From: the human T2T-CHM13v2.0 reference genome, Homo sapiens
DNA length: 64,000 nt
Assembly: GCF_009914755.1 (NCBI RefSeq)
Contig: NC_060929.1
Strand: one strand, 5' to 3'
A program made the position numbers and the translations under genes. Below the pieces are notes generated by a model. It had not been told where the DNA came from and made no database searches. It was given only the letters and a program-made list of their open reading frames with translations. Shown in pieces: positions 26,636-41,700 of the stretch (within the stretch, counting starts at the first letter, position 1; each line of letters opens with the position of its first letter).

Positions 26636-29600
26636 AATTCTTTATTTTTATTCATTTTGGTACATCTTTATGTCAAAAAGTCATGGAACTATTTCTCTTG
26701 GACAATACTGGGAAGGCATCTGTCTTAAAATCTTTTTCTGTTTCATATAGTTATTAATGAATACGAATCTAAACTTTTCCATTTAAAAAATCCCTAACAA
26801 TGGTTTCGTTTTATTGTGATACCTTAGTCCTGGACTCTACCTTCTCTAGGATGTCTTGGTCATGTTTTTCTGTTTTGCAAATGAGGACATTGAAGCTGGA
26901 GAAGTGCAATCACCTATGCACGGGTACACAAGTTAAGTGTTTGAGTTGTACCTTAGCCAACTTATCTTGCTTTCCAGGATAGGGCTTTTTCCTCCACACG
27001 TCTGCATTGCTGTGTGTGTGTGGGGGGTGGGGGTGGTATAAATACACGTATACATATCCATACATACATATACACACAGGCATGCATCTGTAGCCAAGGA
27101 CTCTATTGTATGAGAGAAGGCGATATTCTTATATTTAAGAGGAGTCCTCAAAATGTGATAAGAAGAGACTTTTGAACAATTTGAGCTTTGTCAATATGGA
27201 TCCCATGTTAAAGATTCCAGCCTATGGCATCTCTCTGACTCACCTCTGAAAATGAGCAGCCTCTTCCCTGCAAAGTATTGCACAAGATTATTTGAAGTAT
27301 TATACAAGCACTACATATGCCTCCTGCTGTTATAGAGCTCTTGGTTTTGCAGAGGACACACACTCATACACAGAGATGTGGACCAGTTCTGAGCATGAAG
27401 TCACCCACCAGAAAGTAAAATACTGTTCTGTGTCCTTGTTGAAAATGATGTGGGGGTGATGAAAGACATGGGGGAATGAATGAGGTCATCTGCAATGGTA
27501 GGGTGGGGTGAAAGAGGGACTTCTGCGAGGGGAGCCTGGGTTTTGAGTTAATGTGTGAGGTCAGAGGGACTTTGGCTTGGCAGACAGGATGAGCAACATT
27601 TCCTGCCAGGGGGACGCAATGTGTGATGCAGGAGGCTGGGTGGGGGTAAGTTCCAATTGTAGGGAATGGCTGGCAGGGTTGGTGGGCTGGCACAGTGATC
27701 TTGGGCATGGAGGATATGAGAAGAGTCCACACAGATTACCTCACTCGCTTCTCAACAGAAACCCTCCTGAGGATTCTGTGTCAGGGTAGCTCATTCACAT
27801 ACACCTTGTCTGGGAAGAAAAGGAGAGTGCCTGTTTGTGGGGAACAAGAATTCCAAAGGCGTCTTTCGGTTGCCCTTAAAGCTTTGGTTAGCATCCAGTC
27901 CTGGGAGCAATGATGAAGAAGCCATTTAATCAGTGTAAAACAGTGAGTATCTCATGTCAGAATCTCAAAACAATTAGAGCCCTTATTCAAAACAGACTGG
28001 GGGTACTCAAAGGAACATGGCAAGTGCTTGCTGTTCCGCTAGAGGGAAGCCTGCTGAAAAATAAAAGTCCACAAATAGAAGAGGAAAGTGCCTGCATAAA
28101 AGGAAACTCTAGCTAAATGAAGAGAGTATGAACACATCATCCTCTGGAAGGGGAAACCTCATAATCATTAAACCTGGACTGAGAGAATTAAGGGGTCTAA
28201 AAGTTTATACCTCATTTTAGACTGTTCTGAGCACAACTTGTTGCTTCCTGGTGCCTGTGAGGATCATCTATGCCAAGGATGGATTTTGGCCTTCCTAGAA
28301 AGTCCTTGAAACTGTTGTAAACTTCCTGGAGTGCTTACAATGTCGGGCTCTCCGTGTCATTCATGGGTTTATTTCAAAATGAATCTCCATTCTTTCAAGG
28401 TTGGGTGGAGTTGGCCTAAGTCTTGCTAACTGTTCACATTGTAGTAGTTCAGTTGGTTTATGGACCTCCACCCATGGTGACTTGTCCTTTTAGACCAGTA
28501 CACCTAGAATAGAAAACGTACACTGTTTTGTTTCTCTCCATTTTCAGCTTTTGTTTTGTTTTGCTTTTAAGCTAACTTGAGCTTAAATTAACTAAATGTA
28601 AAGTGAGATTCTTGTTAAGTAAGCATTCGTCAGTAATGTCAGGTATAATAAGACTATTAGGTCTTTTCACTGCCCTGCATTTAATTATTATAGTCGAGTA
28701 TCATAATCCCTAAATTTAAAACAGCTGAGTCAACTGAGGAAGAAAATGAAGTATCTGTGATGGTGATTTTTTTCTTATTATTAGCTTGACAAATGTTAAA
28801 ATATTTGTCTCCGAGAGTTAGCATATACCAGAAATTAACGTTTTCAATATTATTATGCCATGATGATTTTTAAATTCAGTTCATCAGAGATTAAAACTAA
28901 CGTGTTTTTAAAGACTTGTGGCTTATCTTTTGGAGACAGAATTTTTCCTTTTACTTTAAAGAGTTTTCTCTAAAATGTTCTGAAATATTTACTGTAAAAC
29001 ATTTAGAGGACATAGGTGAGCCAAAAGTATAAAACTATAATCCCTGTAATCTCACTACCCAGTAATAATCACTGTCAACATCTTAATCCATTTCCTTCCA
29101 GTTGTATGGTTCATAAGCTTTACTCATAGAATTGCTTTTAGGACATATTAAAAGGAGTGTCATAGGATCGTAAAGTCGCAGGGAACTGTAGGTCATCTGT
29201 ACAACCTCTTATCCAAGAAGGAGTATCTTCCATAATACTGCCTTAACCGAACATACCCAATATCTGGACTCTCATATTTCTCCTGTTTCAAGATACTTCC
29301 TATGTCAGAACAGACCTCTTTTAAGGGTGGAATGTTTTTTAATTCTTCAAATATTCTTCACTGAGAGAAAAGCCGTTCTCTTGACATTTCAACAGTTGAC
29401 CATCAGAAACAATATCTAACATGTTTATAATTTTCATATATTACAAGTCCTAATTATTTGGATATGCATTTCCAGTTTCTACTTGGTTCCTTCTTCGAGT
29501 AAATGTTTCCCTTTCCTCTTCTTTGTTCCTGTATCCTCTTTCTGGTTTTGAAGCCCCAGAATGCATAGCAGACATTGGATAGGAAGAGTATCGGGGACCC

Positions 29601-29797
29601 TCCCTAATCTACTAAGATTATCTACAGGGAAACTTCTCCTATGGACCCAGGAGTTTCTCTTCAGCTCATTTACGTAGGATATAAGTCCCTTTAGCTTTTA
29701 TTTTCCCCAGAATATCTTATGGCCTAGTTTGGTGGAATCTAGCAGGACATTTATGACTTGACTTCTTACCTTTCCTCACATCTTGGTTCTCACATTC

Positions 29798-30161
29798 TGT
29801 ATTGGTCCATTTTCATGCTGCTGATAAAGACATACTGGAGACTGGGTAACTTATAAAGAAAAATAGGGTTAATGGACTCACACAGTTCCATGTGGCTGAG
29901 GTGGCCTCACAATCATGGCAGAAGGTAAAAGGCATGACTTACATGGTGGCAGGCAAAAGAGAATGAGAGCCAAATGAAAAGGTAAACCCCTTATAAAACC
30001 ATCAGCTCTTATTAGACTTATTCACTACCACAAGAACAGTATGGGGGAAACTGCTCCCATTATTCAATTACCTCCCACTGGGTCCCTCCCACATCACACG
30101 GTAATTATGAGAGCTACAATTCAAGATGAGATTTGGGTGGAGACACAGCCAAACCATATCA
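29798..30161 (-). mobile_element. THE1 (THE1B-like) solo LTR
   Basis: TGTATTGGTCCATTTTCATGC...CAGCCAAACCATATCA; perfect TSD CATTC. Confidence 0.93.
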
Positions 30162-30199
30162 CATTCCTAACTGGAAATACTGAAGTCTGAAGGCCGGTT

Positions 30200-31099
<900 letters not shown>

Positions 31100-31269
31100 A
31101 ACCTAACTTCTTACACTTTTTTAAAGGCATAGTTGCAAGAATATTATCTTTCTTTTATGTTTTTATTGCCTTCCTTCTTAATGCTCAGTTTCCTCTTTTT
31201 CTTAACTTGCACTAGTATGTTGAAGTATCCCTTCCACAGATGGTGTTGTATATACTCTCGTTGCCTACA

Positions 31270-31670
31270 ACATCCATATCCCCTGCCATCTTGCTAGAAG
31301 TAACCCAAATTGGGGTGGTAGTTTGCCAAGTAAAATAGTTTCCCCATAACTAGGGGTGGCTTCACGGTAGCTGTAACCAAGGAAGTGTATATTGATATCT
31401 GTGGGAGTTCTGGGAAAACTTAGCTGACATTGCAGTGTTTGGAACTGTAGCAGGAATTTTGTATCTCTTAGATAATACCCTTGATGATGAAATCTAGCAT
31501 GCTGGAGAAGGTACAGCAGAATGATAGAAACAACTTTGTTCCCTGTGGTAATACTGAGTAGTTGAACTAATGTCAACAATTCCTTACCTCCTTACTTTAC
31601 ATTAAGTGAGAAAAATGAACTTGTTTGTTTGAGTCATTTTTCATGAGGTTTGCCTTTATATTCTGACAGA
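31270..31670 (+). mobile_element. MLT1J-like LTR
   Basis: Degenerate MLT1 motifs (GGGAGTTCTGGGAAA, GAGAAAAATGAACTTG). Confidence 0.45.
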
Positions 31671-31950
31671 TGCAGGTGGTTTAAAAAACTGTCAACCATC
31701 CTGGTTACCCTTCTCTATACAAACTCCATATTGTTAATGTCCTTCTTGGAATACAAAAATAGAATAAGACACTATTTATTGTTAGTGGCTGGTACATAAT
31801 GAGGCTTAGTACATATTTGTCTAGAGAATTAATAAATGAGCCTTATTTGTTCATTAAGGGATCCTAGATCTTGTTCTTAGTATGGTGCATAATTAGATTA
31901 TGTTGGAGTTTTGGTCAACTAAAGCTTACAGATTCCCAGATAAGTAGATA

Positions 31951-32430
31951 TGTTAGGGGTCCCTAAGAACACCCTAATGTTTGGTGATTCACTAGAAGGA
32001 CTCATAGGACTCAGAAAAGCTGTTATGGTTATCGTTTATTGTAGTGAAAAAACAGATTAAAATCAGCAAAGGGAAAAGGTATATGGGACAAAGTTCAGGA
32101 GAAATGAGGTACAAGCTTCTGGGTGACCTCTTCCAGTGGACTTGCATGGGAAAAATGTGTTTAATTCCCTAAACAATGATGTGTGACAACATGTACAAAG
32201 TATTGGCAACCAGGAAAACAACCCATGCTTTGGGGCCAGCTGGGGAAGCCCCATGACCCTGCATGTTTTTTGCAGGTCTGTCATGCAGCCATGTAACACC
32301 CGTAGAACTGATCTTAGCTTCTTAGATTGCAGTCCCCCAAAGAAAACACTGTCATTGACCATAAATCACATTCTTAGAATAAACTTACCTGATCACAGTG
32401 AGACAGGATAGCTTAAGGTCTTAGGCACAG
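31951..32430 (-). mobile_element. MER21-type LTR fragment
   Basis: TGTTAGGGGTCCCTAAGAACACC...GATTCACTAGAAGGACTCATAGGACTCAG...AAAATCAGCAAAGGGAAAAGG. Confidence 0.75.
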
Positions 32431-35419
32431 ATATGCCGTAGATCTATAGAACATACACATTGGAAAAGAATCAAAATCAAGTGCATGAAAATATTATCAA
32501 GAGCTATCCCTGATCCAGACATGCGCTACTAGCAAAGCTTCGAACAATATATATGTCCAAAAAAGAAAGACTTGATAAATTCAGTATAGTACAGTATAGT
32601 ATTGTATAGCATAGTGTACTATACTATAGTAATACCATGGAAGACAATAGATTAAAATGAATAAACCAGATCTATTTGTAAAAACAAACATACAAATACA
32701 CAAAAAAGAGCTACCTCTGAGTAGTGAGTAGGTGATTTATATTTTATTCATCATGCTTTTTATAATTTTTCAAAAATTCTCGTTAAAATAAAGGACTTAA
32801 AAAAGATCATTATGTGTAATGTAGGATGATATAGAGACTTTATATTTACATGAAAGACAACTCTAAAATTTAATGTCAAAGTTTGCTAATAGAACCCCTG
32901 AGAGACAGCAAGCTGAGTGTTTCAGGAATGGCTGGTTGTTTGGTCTGGCTATATGGCCTGGCCAACTGGCATGGGAGCAGGCTGACTCTGGCCATAAGAG
33001 GGCATGTTGAAGACACAACTGTTCAGCTGTCTGTAAATCCTATTACTCTGAGTGGTTTCTTATAATGTAATTTTAATTTCAGTTTTGTAAAAGTTTCGCT
33101 CAGGATTTTACCCCATTTAACCTAATTTCCTTTAATTACACATTCAGCTTAGTCATAGTTTAATGAAGCCTACTGTGTACCTGGCACTAAATCCATCCTT
33201 GTACACTGCCATTTTTCTCTCCCTCCCCTGCCTTTTCTAGGACATGAACTATATCCAATTTAATTTATATGCTTCCTCTTCTTGCTGTTCCTCTGCAGTG
33301 TGGGTTTATGCTTAAAGAAACCCTTTGCTGGTTCAGGATTAAGAGTGTGTGATCATTGATTAATTACTAACATCTCTAAACCATAGTATCTTCAGCTATA
33401 AAATGGAGGTAATTTTAGTGAGAATATCATAGGCTTCTGTAATGGTGTCACATGTTATGTATAAAATGTTAACACCATGCTTGGTACACATTGTGAGTGC
33501 TGGATAAAAGTTATCTCTTGTTGTTAATGAAATGAAACCATGTGTGCCTGAATATATTTTTACTGAACGTCTGTCATTAACTGTGTAGTCATTTACATCT
33601 TTTTGCAGTGGCTATTTCTCATACACACTAGAAATGGAGAGCCTTGATTCCCTGAATATTCTTAGCCTGTAATGGCGTTCCCATTTTAATAATATTGCCC
33701 TACACCCTTTAAAAACTATTTTGAAGTGAAAAATTAATACTTCCCAAATAACCTGGACCTGAACTAATTGGTTGTTAAGAGGAAGAAGCTGTGACTGAAA
33801 GCTCTTTCAACCGCATCTGTTATTCTGAATCAAGCACTTGGATAAAGACCACATTTCTAAGATGATTCCATGAGATTGTATTCTGATGGACAAATTATTG
33901 TCTGTATTCATCAGATTATTTCCTTGGCTAAGTTGAAAGGTAAAACAATTTAATTAAGGCTAGATAGAAATCATCCCTTCAAAAACTTTACTGACCAACT
34001 GGGACCAAAGCTGCCTGGTGGCCAGAAATAAAATGTCAGTGACCGGCATCCTGCCTTATGGACTCTGTTTCTAGCATCATCCCTCAGCATCTGCTCTGAT
34101 CTTTGGCTGTACCTTCTAGATCCCTAGCCAGAGAACAGAGAACTTTGGCTTCCATGACTTTTAAGGAGGAAAATCCGAGTTAAAGAACACTGATTTCACA
34201 TCAGCGCCATGAATCCTGTGCAGCCCAAGCAGTGGCTGTAGTGGTGGATGTATTCAAGAACCACTGGGGCTTCACATTGGCAGAGCTTTGCTGACAAATG
34301 GGATGTCAGGATGATAAGGATGAAGATGTGGAAGAGTCACAGATGCCTCCCACTTATTTGATGTGGTTGAATGGTGAGTGGAGTTGCCAGCTACTGAGAG
34401 AGGAGATGCAGGGAGAGGATCAAGATTTGGGGAAGGCTAATGTGTTACAGACTTGTTGAGTTTGGGGTGACTGTGGGAGACCCGAATGGGGATATCCAGT
34501 GGACATTGAAGTCTGAAGCTTGGGGAGAAATCTGGGCCAGAGAGGTTTGGGAGCATCATCTTGTTGGAAATCACTAGATTACATGACATTGGCCAAAGGG
34601 AGCATTTCTTGGTGAATCACACTGTGTGTCTAATCAAACCACACTCTTCTCTTAATGCTCTGTGTACTGTGGCTGTTCCATAAATATTTGGTAAAAATGA
34701 TGAAAAACTGATTGACTCGTGGGGACAAATTGTTTTCTTATTTGGGCTCCATAGAAACGACAAAACATTTTTGTGGTAGGATAAAGAGGGCATGGTGTGT
34801 GGTTATGAGTGATATTAAGCATTGTTTACTTGGTGGGGAGCCAAGGGGATTTGTGAATGAGTTTCAGAGAAACTGAAATTAGATACAGAAATGGGTAAAG
34901 GAGCCATAATTTTCATCAGATTCTGAGTCAGGATACTTTATAAAAAAAGAACTGATTGAATCAATGCCTGTTATCCTGAAGGCAAATAAGGGGAACAAAA
35001 ATCACATCAGAATATCGGAGAAAGCCAGAAAAATCGCCTAAACAATGAGGGATCCCAGTTCCTGCGGGCTCTGCTTTTCCTCCCTGTGCCAGTATTGTAT
35101 AAGATGGGAAGAATTTGGGGTCAAGAGTTTCATAGTGTGGCTTGGCAGAATCAAAGGCCAAAATATGATTAATGCTTGATGTGGATAATCTTGGAAGGAT
35201 AAGGAATATAGGGAGGATTAGGGTTTTTTCCTAAATCTGGCTACTTTCTAAGCCAGTAGGTTCACTTTCTTGTACACTACAGATAATGAGGCAAAGAAGG
35301 ATGCTTTGGGGAGTATTGAACAAAACATTCCTAGTTAAAGTGGGAACAGCACCTTTTTTTCCCCCTTTTTTGTCTCTTTATTATTAAGTCTGTTTATTAC
35401 TTAAATCTATTTATGATTT

Positions 35420-38400
35420 AAGTAGACTTTACATTTTAGAGCAGTTTTAGGTTAACAGCAAAATTGAACAGAAGGTACAGAGTTTCTGTAGATTCTAGAC
35501 CCCATACAGGCACAGCGTCCTGCACTGTTGACACCCCCCCACCAGAGTGGTATGTTTGTTACAATCAGTAAACCTACATTGACACATCATTATCACCCAA
35601 AATCCATAGTTTACATGAGGGTTCACTCTTGGTGATATACATTCTATGGGTCTTGACAAATGTATAGTGACATGAATCTACCATTAGAGTATCCTGCAGA
35701 ATAGTTTCCCTGCCCTAAAAATCCTCTGTGCTCTGCCTATTCTCTCCCTAACTCCTTGGCAACCACCAGTCTTTCTGCCCTCTCCATTGTTTTGCCTTTT
35801 TCAGAGTGTCATGTAGTTGAAATCATATAGTATGTAGCCTTTTCAGATTGGCTTCTTTCACTTAATAGTATGCATTTAAGGTTTCTTCATGTTTTTTCAT
35901 GATTTGATAGCTCATTTCTTTTTAGATTTGAATAATATTCCAATATCTGGAAGTACCACAATTTATTAATTCATCTACTGAAGGAAATCTTGGTTGCTTC
36001 CAAGTATTGGCAATTACGAATAAAGCAGTTATAAAATCTGTGTGCAGATTTTTGTGTAGACTTGATTTTTCAACTCCTTTAGGTAAATACCAAGGACTAT
36101 TATTTCTGGATTGTGTAATTAGAGTTTACTTAGTTTTGAAGAACTGCAAAACTGCCCTCCAAGTGGCTGTACCATTTTGCAGTTCCACCAGCAGTGAATG
36201 AGAGTTCTTGTTGCTCTACATCCTTGCCAGTGTTTGGTGTTGTCAGTGTTCTGGATGTGGCCATTCTGATAGGTGTCTGGTTGTGGTATGGTTTGGCTCT
36301 GTGTCCCCACCCAAATCTCATCTTGAATTGTAATCCCCCATGTCAGGGGAGGGACCTGGTGGGAAGTGACTGGATCATGAAGGTAGTTTCACTCATGCTG
36401 TTTTCCTAATAGTGAGTGAGTCTCATGAGATCTGATAGTTTAAAAGTGTTTGGCAGTTAACCCCTCACTCTCTCTCCCTATCCTTGCTGTGGCCATGTAA
36501 GATGTGCCTTGTTTCCCCTTTGCCTTCTGCCATGATTGTAAGTTTCTTGAGGCCTCCCAAGGCATGCAGAACTGTGAGTCAATTAACTTCTTTTGTTTAT
36601 AAACTATCCAGTCTCAAGTATTCTTTATAGCAGTGAAAAAAAGCGAAATAATACAGAAAATTGTTACAAGGAATGGGGTACTGCTATAAAGATAACCTGA
36701 AAATGTGGAAGCAACGTTGGAACTGGGTAATGGGCAGAGGTTGGAACAGTTTGGAGGGCTCAGAAGAAGACAGGAACGTGTGGGAAAGTTTGGAATTTCC
36801 TAGAGACTTGTTGAATGATTTTGACCAAAATGCTAATAGTGACATAGACAGTGAAGTCCAGGCTGAGATGGTATCAGATGGAGATGAGGAACTTATTGTG
36901 AACTGGAGTAAAGGTCATTCTTGCAATGCTTTAGCAAAGAGACTGGCAGCATTTTGCCCTGGCGCTAGAGATCTGTGGAACTTTGAGCTTGAGAGAAATG
37001 ATTTAGGGCATCTGGTGGAGGAAATTTCTAAGGAGCAGAAATTTCTAAGCAGCAAAGCCTTCAAGAGGTGATCTGGCTATTTCTAAAATAGTATGCTCAT
37101 ATGTGTTCACAAAGAGATAATCTGAAATTGGATCTTCTGTTTAAGAGGGAAGCAGAACATAAAAGTTTGAAAAATGTGAAGCCTGACTATGTGATAGAAA
37201 AGAAAAACCCATTTTCTGGGGAGAAATTCAAGCCAGCCGCAGAAATTTGCATAAGTAATAAGGAGTTGAATGTTAATTGCCAAGATGATGGGGAAAATGT
37301 CTCCAGGGCATTTCAGATATCTTCAAGGCAGCCCCTCCTATCACAGGCCCAGAGGCCTAGAAGGGAAAAATGGTTCTGTGGGCTGCGCCCAGGGCCTTGC
37401 TGCTCTGTGCAGCCTTGGGACTGAGCATCTTACCTCCCACCTGCTCCAGCTCAGGCTGTGGCTTCAGAGGGTGCAAGCCCCAAGCCCTGGCAGCTTCCAC
37501 ATGGTGTTGGGCCTGCAGGTGTGCAGAAGCTAAGAGTTGAGGTCTGGGAACCTCCACCTAGATTTCAGAGTATGTATGCAAACGTCTGGATGTCCAGGCA
37601 GAAGTCTGCTGTGGAGCCCTCACGGAGAGCCTCTGCTGGGGCAATGCGGAAGGGAAATGTGGGGTTGGAGACTGCACATAGAATCCCTCTGGGGTACTGT
37701 CTAATGGAGCTGTGAGAAGAGGGACACCATCCTCCAGACCCCAGAATGGTAGATCCACCAACAGCTTGCACTGTGCACTTGGAAAAGCTGCAAGCACTCA
37801 ATGCCAGCCCATGAAAGCTTCTGTGGTGGCTGTGCCCTGCAGAGCGACAGAGGTGGAGATGCCTAAGGCCTTCAGAGCCCATATCTTGCATCAGTGTGCC
37901 CTGGATGTGAGACATGGAGTCAAAGGAGATCATTTTGGAGCTTTAAGATTTAATGACTGCCCTGCTGGGTTTTGGACTTTCGTGGGGCCTGTAGCCCCTT
38001 TGTTTTGCCCAGTTTGTCCTATTTGGGATGGGAGCATCTAACCAATGCCTGTACTTTCATTGTATCTTGGAAATAACTAACTTGCTTTTGATTTTACAGG
38101 CTCATAGGCGGAAGGGACTTGCCTTGGCTCAGATGAGACCTTGGTCTTGGACTTTTGGGTTAATGATGGAATGAGTTTAGACTTTGGGGGACTGTTGGGA
38201 AGGCATGATTGTGTTTTGAAATATGAGAGGGATACGAGATTTGGGAGGGGCCAAGGGCAGAGTGATATGGTTTGGCTCTGTGTCTTCACCCAAATCTCAT
38301 CTTGAATTGTAATCCCATGTGTTGAGGGAGGGACCTGATGGGAAGTGATTGAATCATGGGGGTGATTTCTCCCATGCTGTTCTTGTGATAGTGAGTGAGT

Positions 38401-38730
38401 TCTTGTGAGATCTGATGGTTTAAAAGTGTTTGGCAGTTCCTTTCTCTTTGTCTCCCTCCTGCTGCCTTGTAAGTCATGCCTTGCTTCCCCTTCATTTTCT
38501 GCCATCATGAGAAGTTTCCTGAGGACTTCGCAGCCATGTGGAACTATGAGTCAATTAAATCTCTTTTGTTTATAAATTACCCAGTCTCATCTATTCTTTA
38601 TAGCAGTGTGAAAATAGACTGATACAAGTCATATCTCAGTTTTGTTTTTATTTTGTGTTTTCCTAATGGCATAGGAAGTGAAATATCTTTTCATATGCTT
38701 ATTTTCCATCTGTATATCTTCTTTGGAGGA
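35420..38730 (-). mobile_element. Old L1 (L1MB/MC) 3' region interrupted by the THE1D element
   Basis: TTTTAGAGCAGTTTTAGGTTAACAGC...CCATTCTGATAGGTGT; resumes after 38626 with TATCTC...CTTTTCATATGCTTATT. Confidence 0.8.
36284..38626 (+). mobile_element. Two-LTR THE1D (ERVL-MaLR): 5' LTR 36284-36655, internal region 36656-38262, 3' LTR 38263-38626
   Basis: Two homologous LTRs (TG.TATGGTTTGGCTCTGTGTC...ATACA); purine-rich tract before the 3' LTR; fragments of the MaLR internal ORF (GRGWNSLEGSEEDR, FSGEKFKPAAEICIS). Confidence 0.92.
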
Positions 38731-41700
38731 GCAGCATTTTTAAGAAGAAGTTTTTGAGGCATGAAAACACAGTAGATAGGACACACCAAGACTCCAGACC
38801 AAATACAGAGTTTTTAATGAAATTTGAAAAGCCAGTTTTATATAAACCCTTAAACCATTCACTGCATAGAAGCTAAAAAGGATTGTGTTATTGAAGATTA
38901 AAAGAGAATACAAAAGTGGATATTCTTAGCAAGAGCCGTTCTTCCCCATCCCCTGCAGGATGGGGTTGGTGAGGCAAGAGAGTATGCACATGCCTCTCCT
39001 TTCCCTCAAGGCCATTGAGAAGGCTCCAACAGGACAAATTGTTGTGGTCCCCGAAGGGGGAGGGCTCATAGAAGTACGGGGTTTATTCCCTAGCTATAAA
39101 TCTCCTTTCTGGCTAGCTACTTCAGTGTGCAAAGCAAAGGAGAGAGTGTGTGGCAAAAAGATGTTGATTATTTCTCAAAGACCTAATGTAAGTCTCCCAT
39201 GAGCAGGAGCCAGGGGCCACTGGTTTTAGATGGTGTCAAATAGGTTCACCTGGGTTTGACCAGCTCTTGTCAGAAAAACTGGTGGTATCATTGGATCTTT
39301 GGGTCATGGAAAGAGTTAGTGGCCAGCTAGAGAAAAGGGCCTCATTTGTATCAAGAGAGCTGTCATGAAAGACCCTGAGCTATGGGGAGGATGAGTACCC
39401 CAGATAATCCAGAAAAGTGCCTTAAATATCAACTAGACCCAGGTTTCATCAGTACCAGTCAAATCAGATCTCTTCTGCACATCTTGTTTCTCTTCCCTGT
39501 GGGACTTAGTTCCTTGAATTTTTATCCAGGAGCAGGAGATAAATTCTCCCCTATTAAACACATTCTAAGGGGGTAGTGGAGGACCAAAATAAATTACACT
39601 TTGTGAGTCCTGCTTATTCAGTATGCCAGCTACACATTGAAATGGTGACCCAATGAGAAAAACAGTTTGAAGTGTATAACGACCTACAGGAAAAAATTCC
39701 TGATCCCATTTAATACTGAGAACATGATTTTCTTTTGGAAATAAGTTAACTGATACGATACTATTCTTCATCTGCTAACAGTGAGTAGAAATAGCCCAAA
39801 TTTTGCTTTTCAATGGTTCGTTATTAGAATATTCAAGTGAGGACTATTATCTTCAGGGGGTGAACAGAAAATGCCAATAAACCCCTTTTTGTGTCTTGTA
39901 CACAACACAATTGTATTGGTAGGACTGGAGGAGGTAGAATAATTGTTTTTTGCTAAATCTTAGGACAGAAATCAACAGATTTAAGTTGACATTGGAAATC
40001 AAGTTTTCAAGAAGTTACTGGCATTCATGAGCTCAGAATATTAATGGCAAATGTGCTTTGGGAACCTGATACTCTGTCTTCCTTGTCTCCTGGCAGAGCC
40101 TTCTATTTAAAGCTATTTAAATGCATCTGTTCTGATTTTGAAAGGCCCTGCTCAGGCCTGTGTGCACTTGGAGGGCTGGTGGGCAGCAGTGGATCAATGG
40201 AATTGTTTTGGTGTGATTCCAGCCAAAACGTGGGAGAAATCAGTTTGTTTGCTTATTTTGAGATTTATACAAACTCAGAAAGCATGTCTCGGTAATTCTT
40301 CTGTACAGCTTTAGAGACAGCATCTATTAGAGGAGCCTGTGAAATAATGTAGATGGAGGAGAAAATAAAAATCTATTCTGATGAGTGGTAGAAGAAAAAA
40401 CTTCTAGAAGATAAATAGGAGAAAAAACACGTGCACTTTTTATTAGCTTACAGAACTAAAATGATTTGCAGATGGTTGGCTGTTTCACATAAAACATACT
40501 TATATACCTGAGCTTTTTTTCTGCTCACTTATTTTAATAGCTGAAGCATCCTTCTCTTGTGAACAATTTATTCTAATGGCAATAAAAATGCAACAGTACC
40601 ATCTCATTATGCCCAACAGCAAATGACTTAGACGGATCTTAGCTTGGTTTGTAGGGTTAAGCTCCGATGGCTGCAGGAATGACGTCAATAGGGATTCATA
40701 GTTAAATGGCACATCTTTTAAAATGGGACTCTGCTTTCAAGTTTCTCCTCACCTATACACAACAGAAAGCCCAGGTTGAGGATGCTGGAAAATCTTAGAT
40801 TTCACACAAGGGCTTTCCAAGACTGAGTAACTCTTAATGGTCTACACTGTACTTGGCTTACTTGCTTCCTCTTTTTAAGCAGATTGTAAGTCATCTGTGA
40901 GTTTTCCATTTGGGCTGTGTTGCTTTTTAGCTTGTTTTATCTTCCGTAGAAGCTTCTATTGATGAGGGAGGCAGACTGAGGACTCTTGGTCCCCTAGAAG
41001 AGAGATTTTACTAGATATTCTACAACATTATTTTAAGAGGGTATGGGCTGAATATTCCTCCCATAGTTCACACTGCTGGGTCCCTCCTGCTGGGGGGCAT
41101 TTGTGAAAGGAGCCACTTTTCCAGCTAAATCTCCTAGGCTTTTTTTTTCCCCCTAATTAAAAGATATTGTACAAATAATACTATATTTATTACAGTGGCA
41201 CTCTGCGTTTAACTCAGGATTATTCTTCTAAAAACTCTTTTTAAAAATTCTTATAAACAATTGTTTATAAGAATCCTGCATTTTATTCTGTTTATGGATT
41301 TTTAGAAAATACAAAGTTGGGCGAAAACCTGCTTTCCTGGTTGTATTTCTCATTATTTTATGATAATGGCTTTTTCAAAATGGCTTTATTCTCCATTTTT
41401 CACATGTAAAGACGTAAAATAAGTAATTCTGCCCGATTTGACAGTGGTCACTGGAGTAGGATATAGGACAGTTTTGGGGTGATGCAAATCCCAGGGTAGA
41501 AGTACCTTCAGCTTCATCAACAAGGAAAATATCATGCAAAAGCTCATGAGTCAGGGTTGTGGTTAACCTTCTGTTCTTGTCCCTCTAATCAAATATTTGT
41601 TTAAATGAATAAAATACCCAAGGTGTATATCACTGATCAGTTATGTTATTCTTTTGTAGTACAATTTGGTATTGCCCATCAGAATTTTAAATTTGCATGT

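Noticed and set aside
32581-32632. (TATAG)n followed by (CTATA)n mini inverted repeat
   Set aside because: Short degenerate self-complementary microsatellite
36661-38041. Series of ORFs that look like a gene
   Set aside because: Broken remnants of the THE1-int (MaLR) ORF with stops and frameshifts
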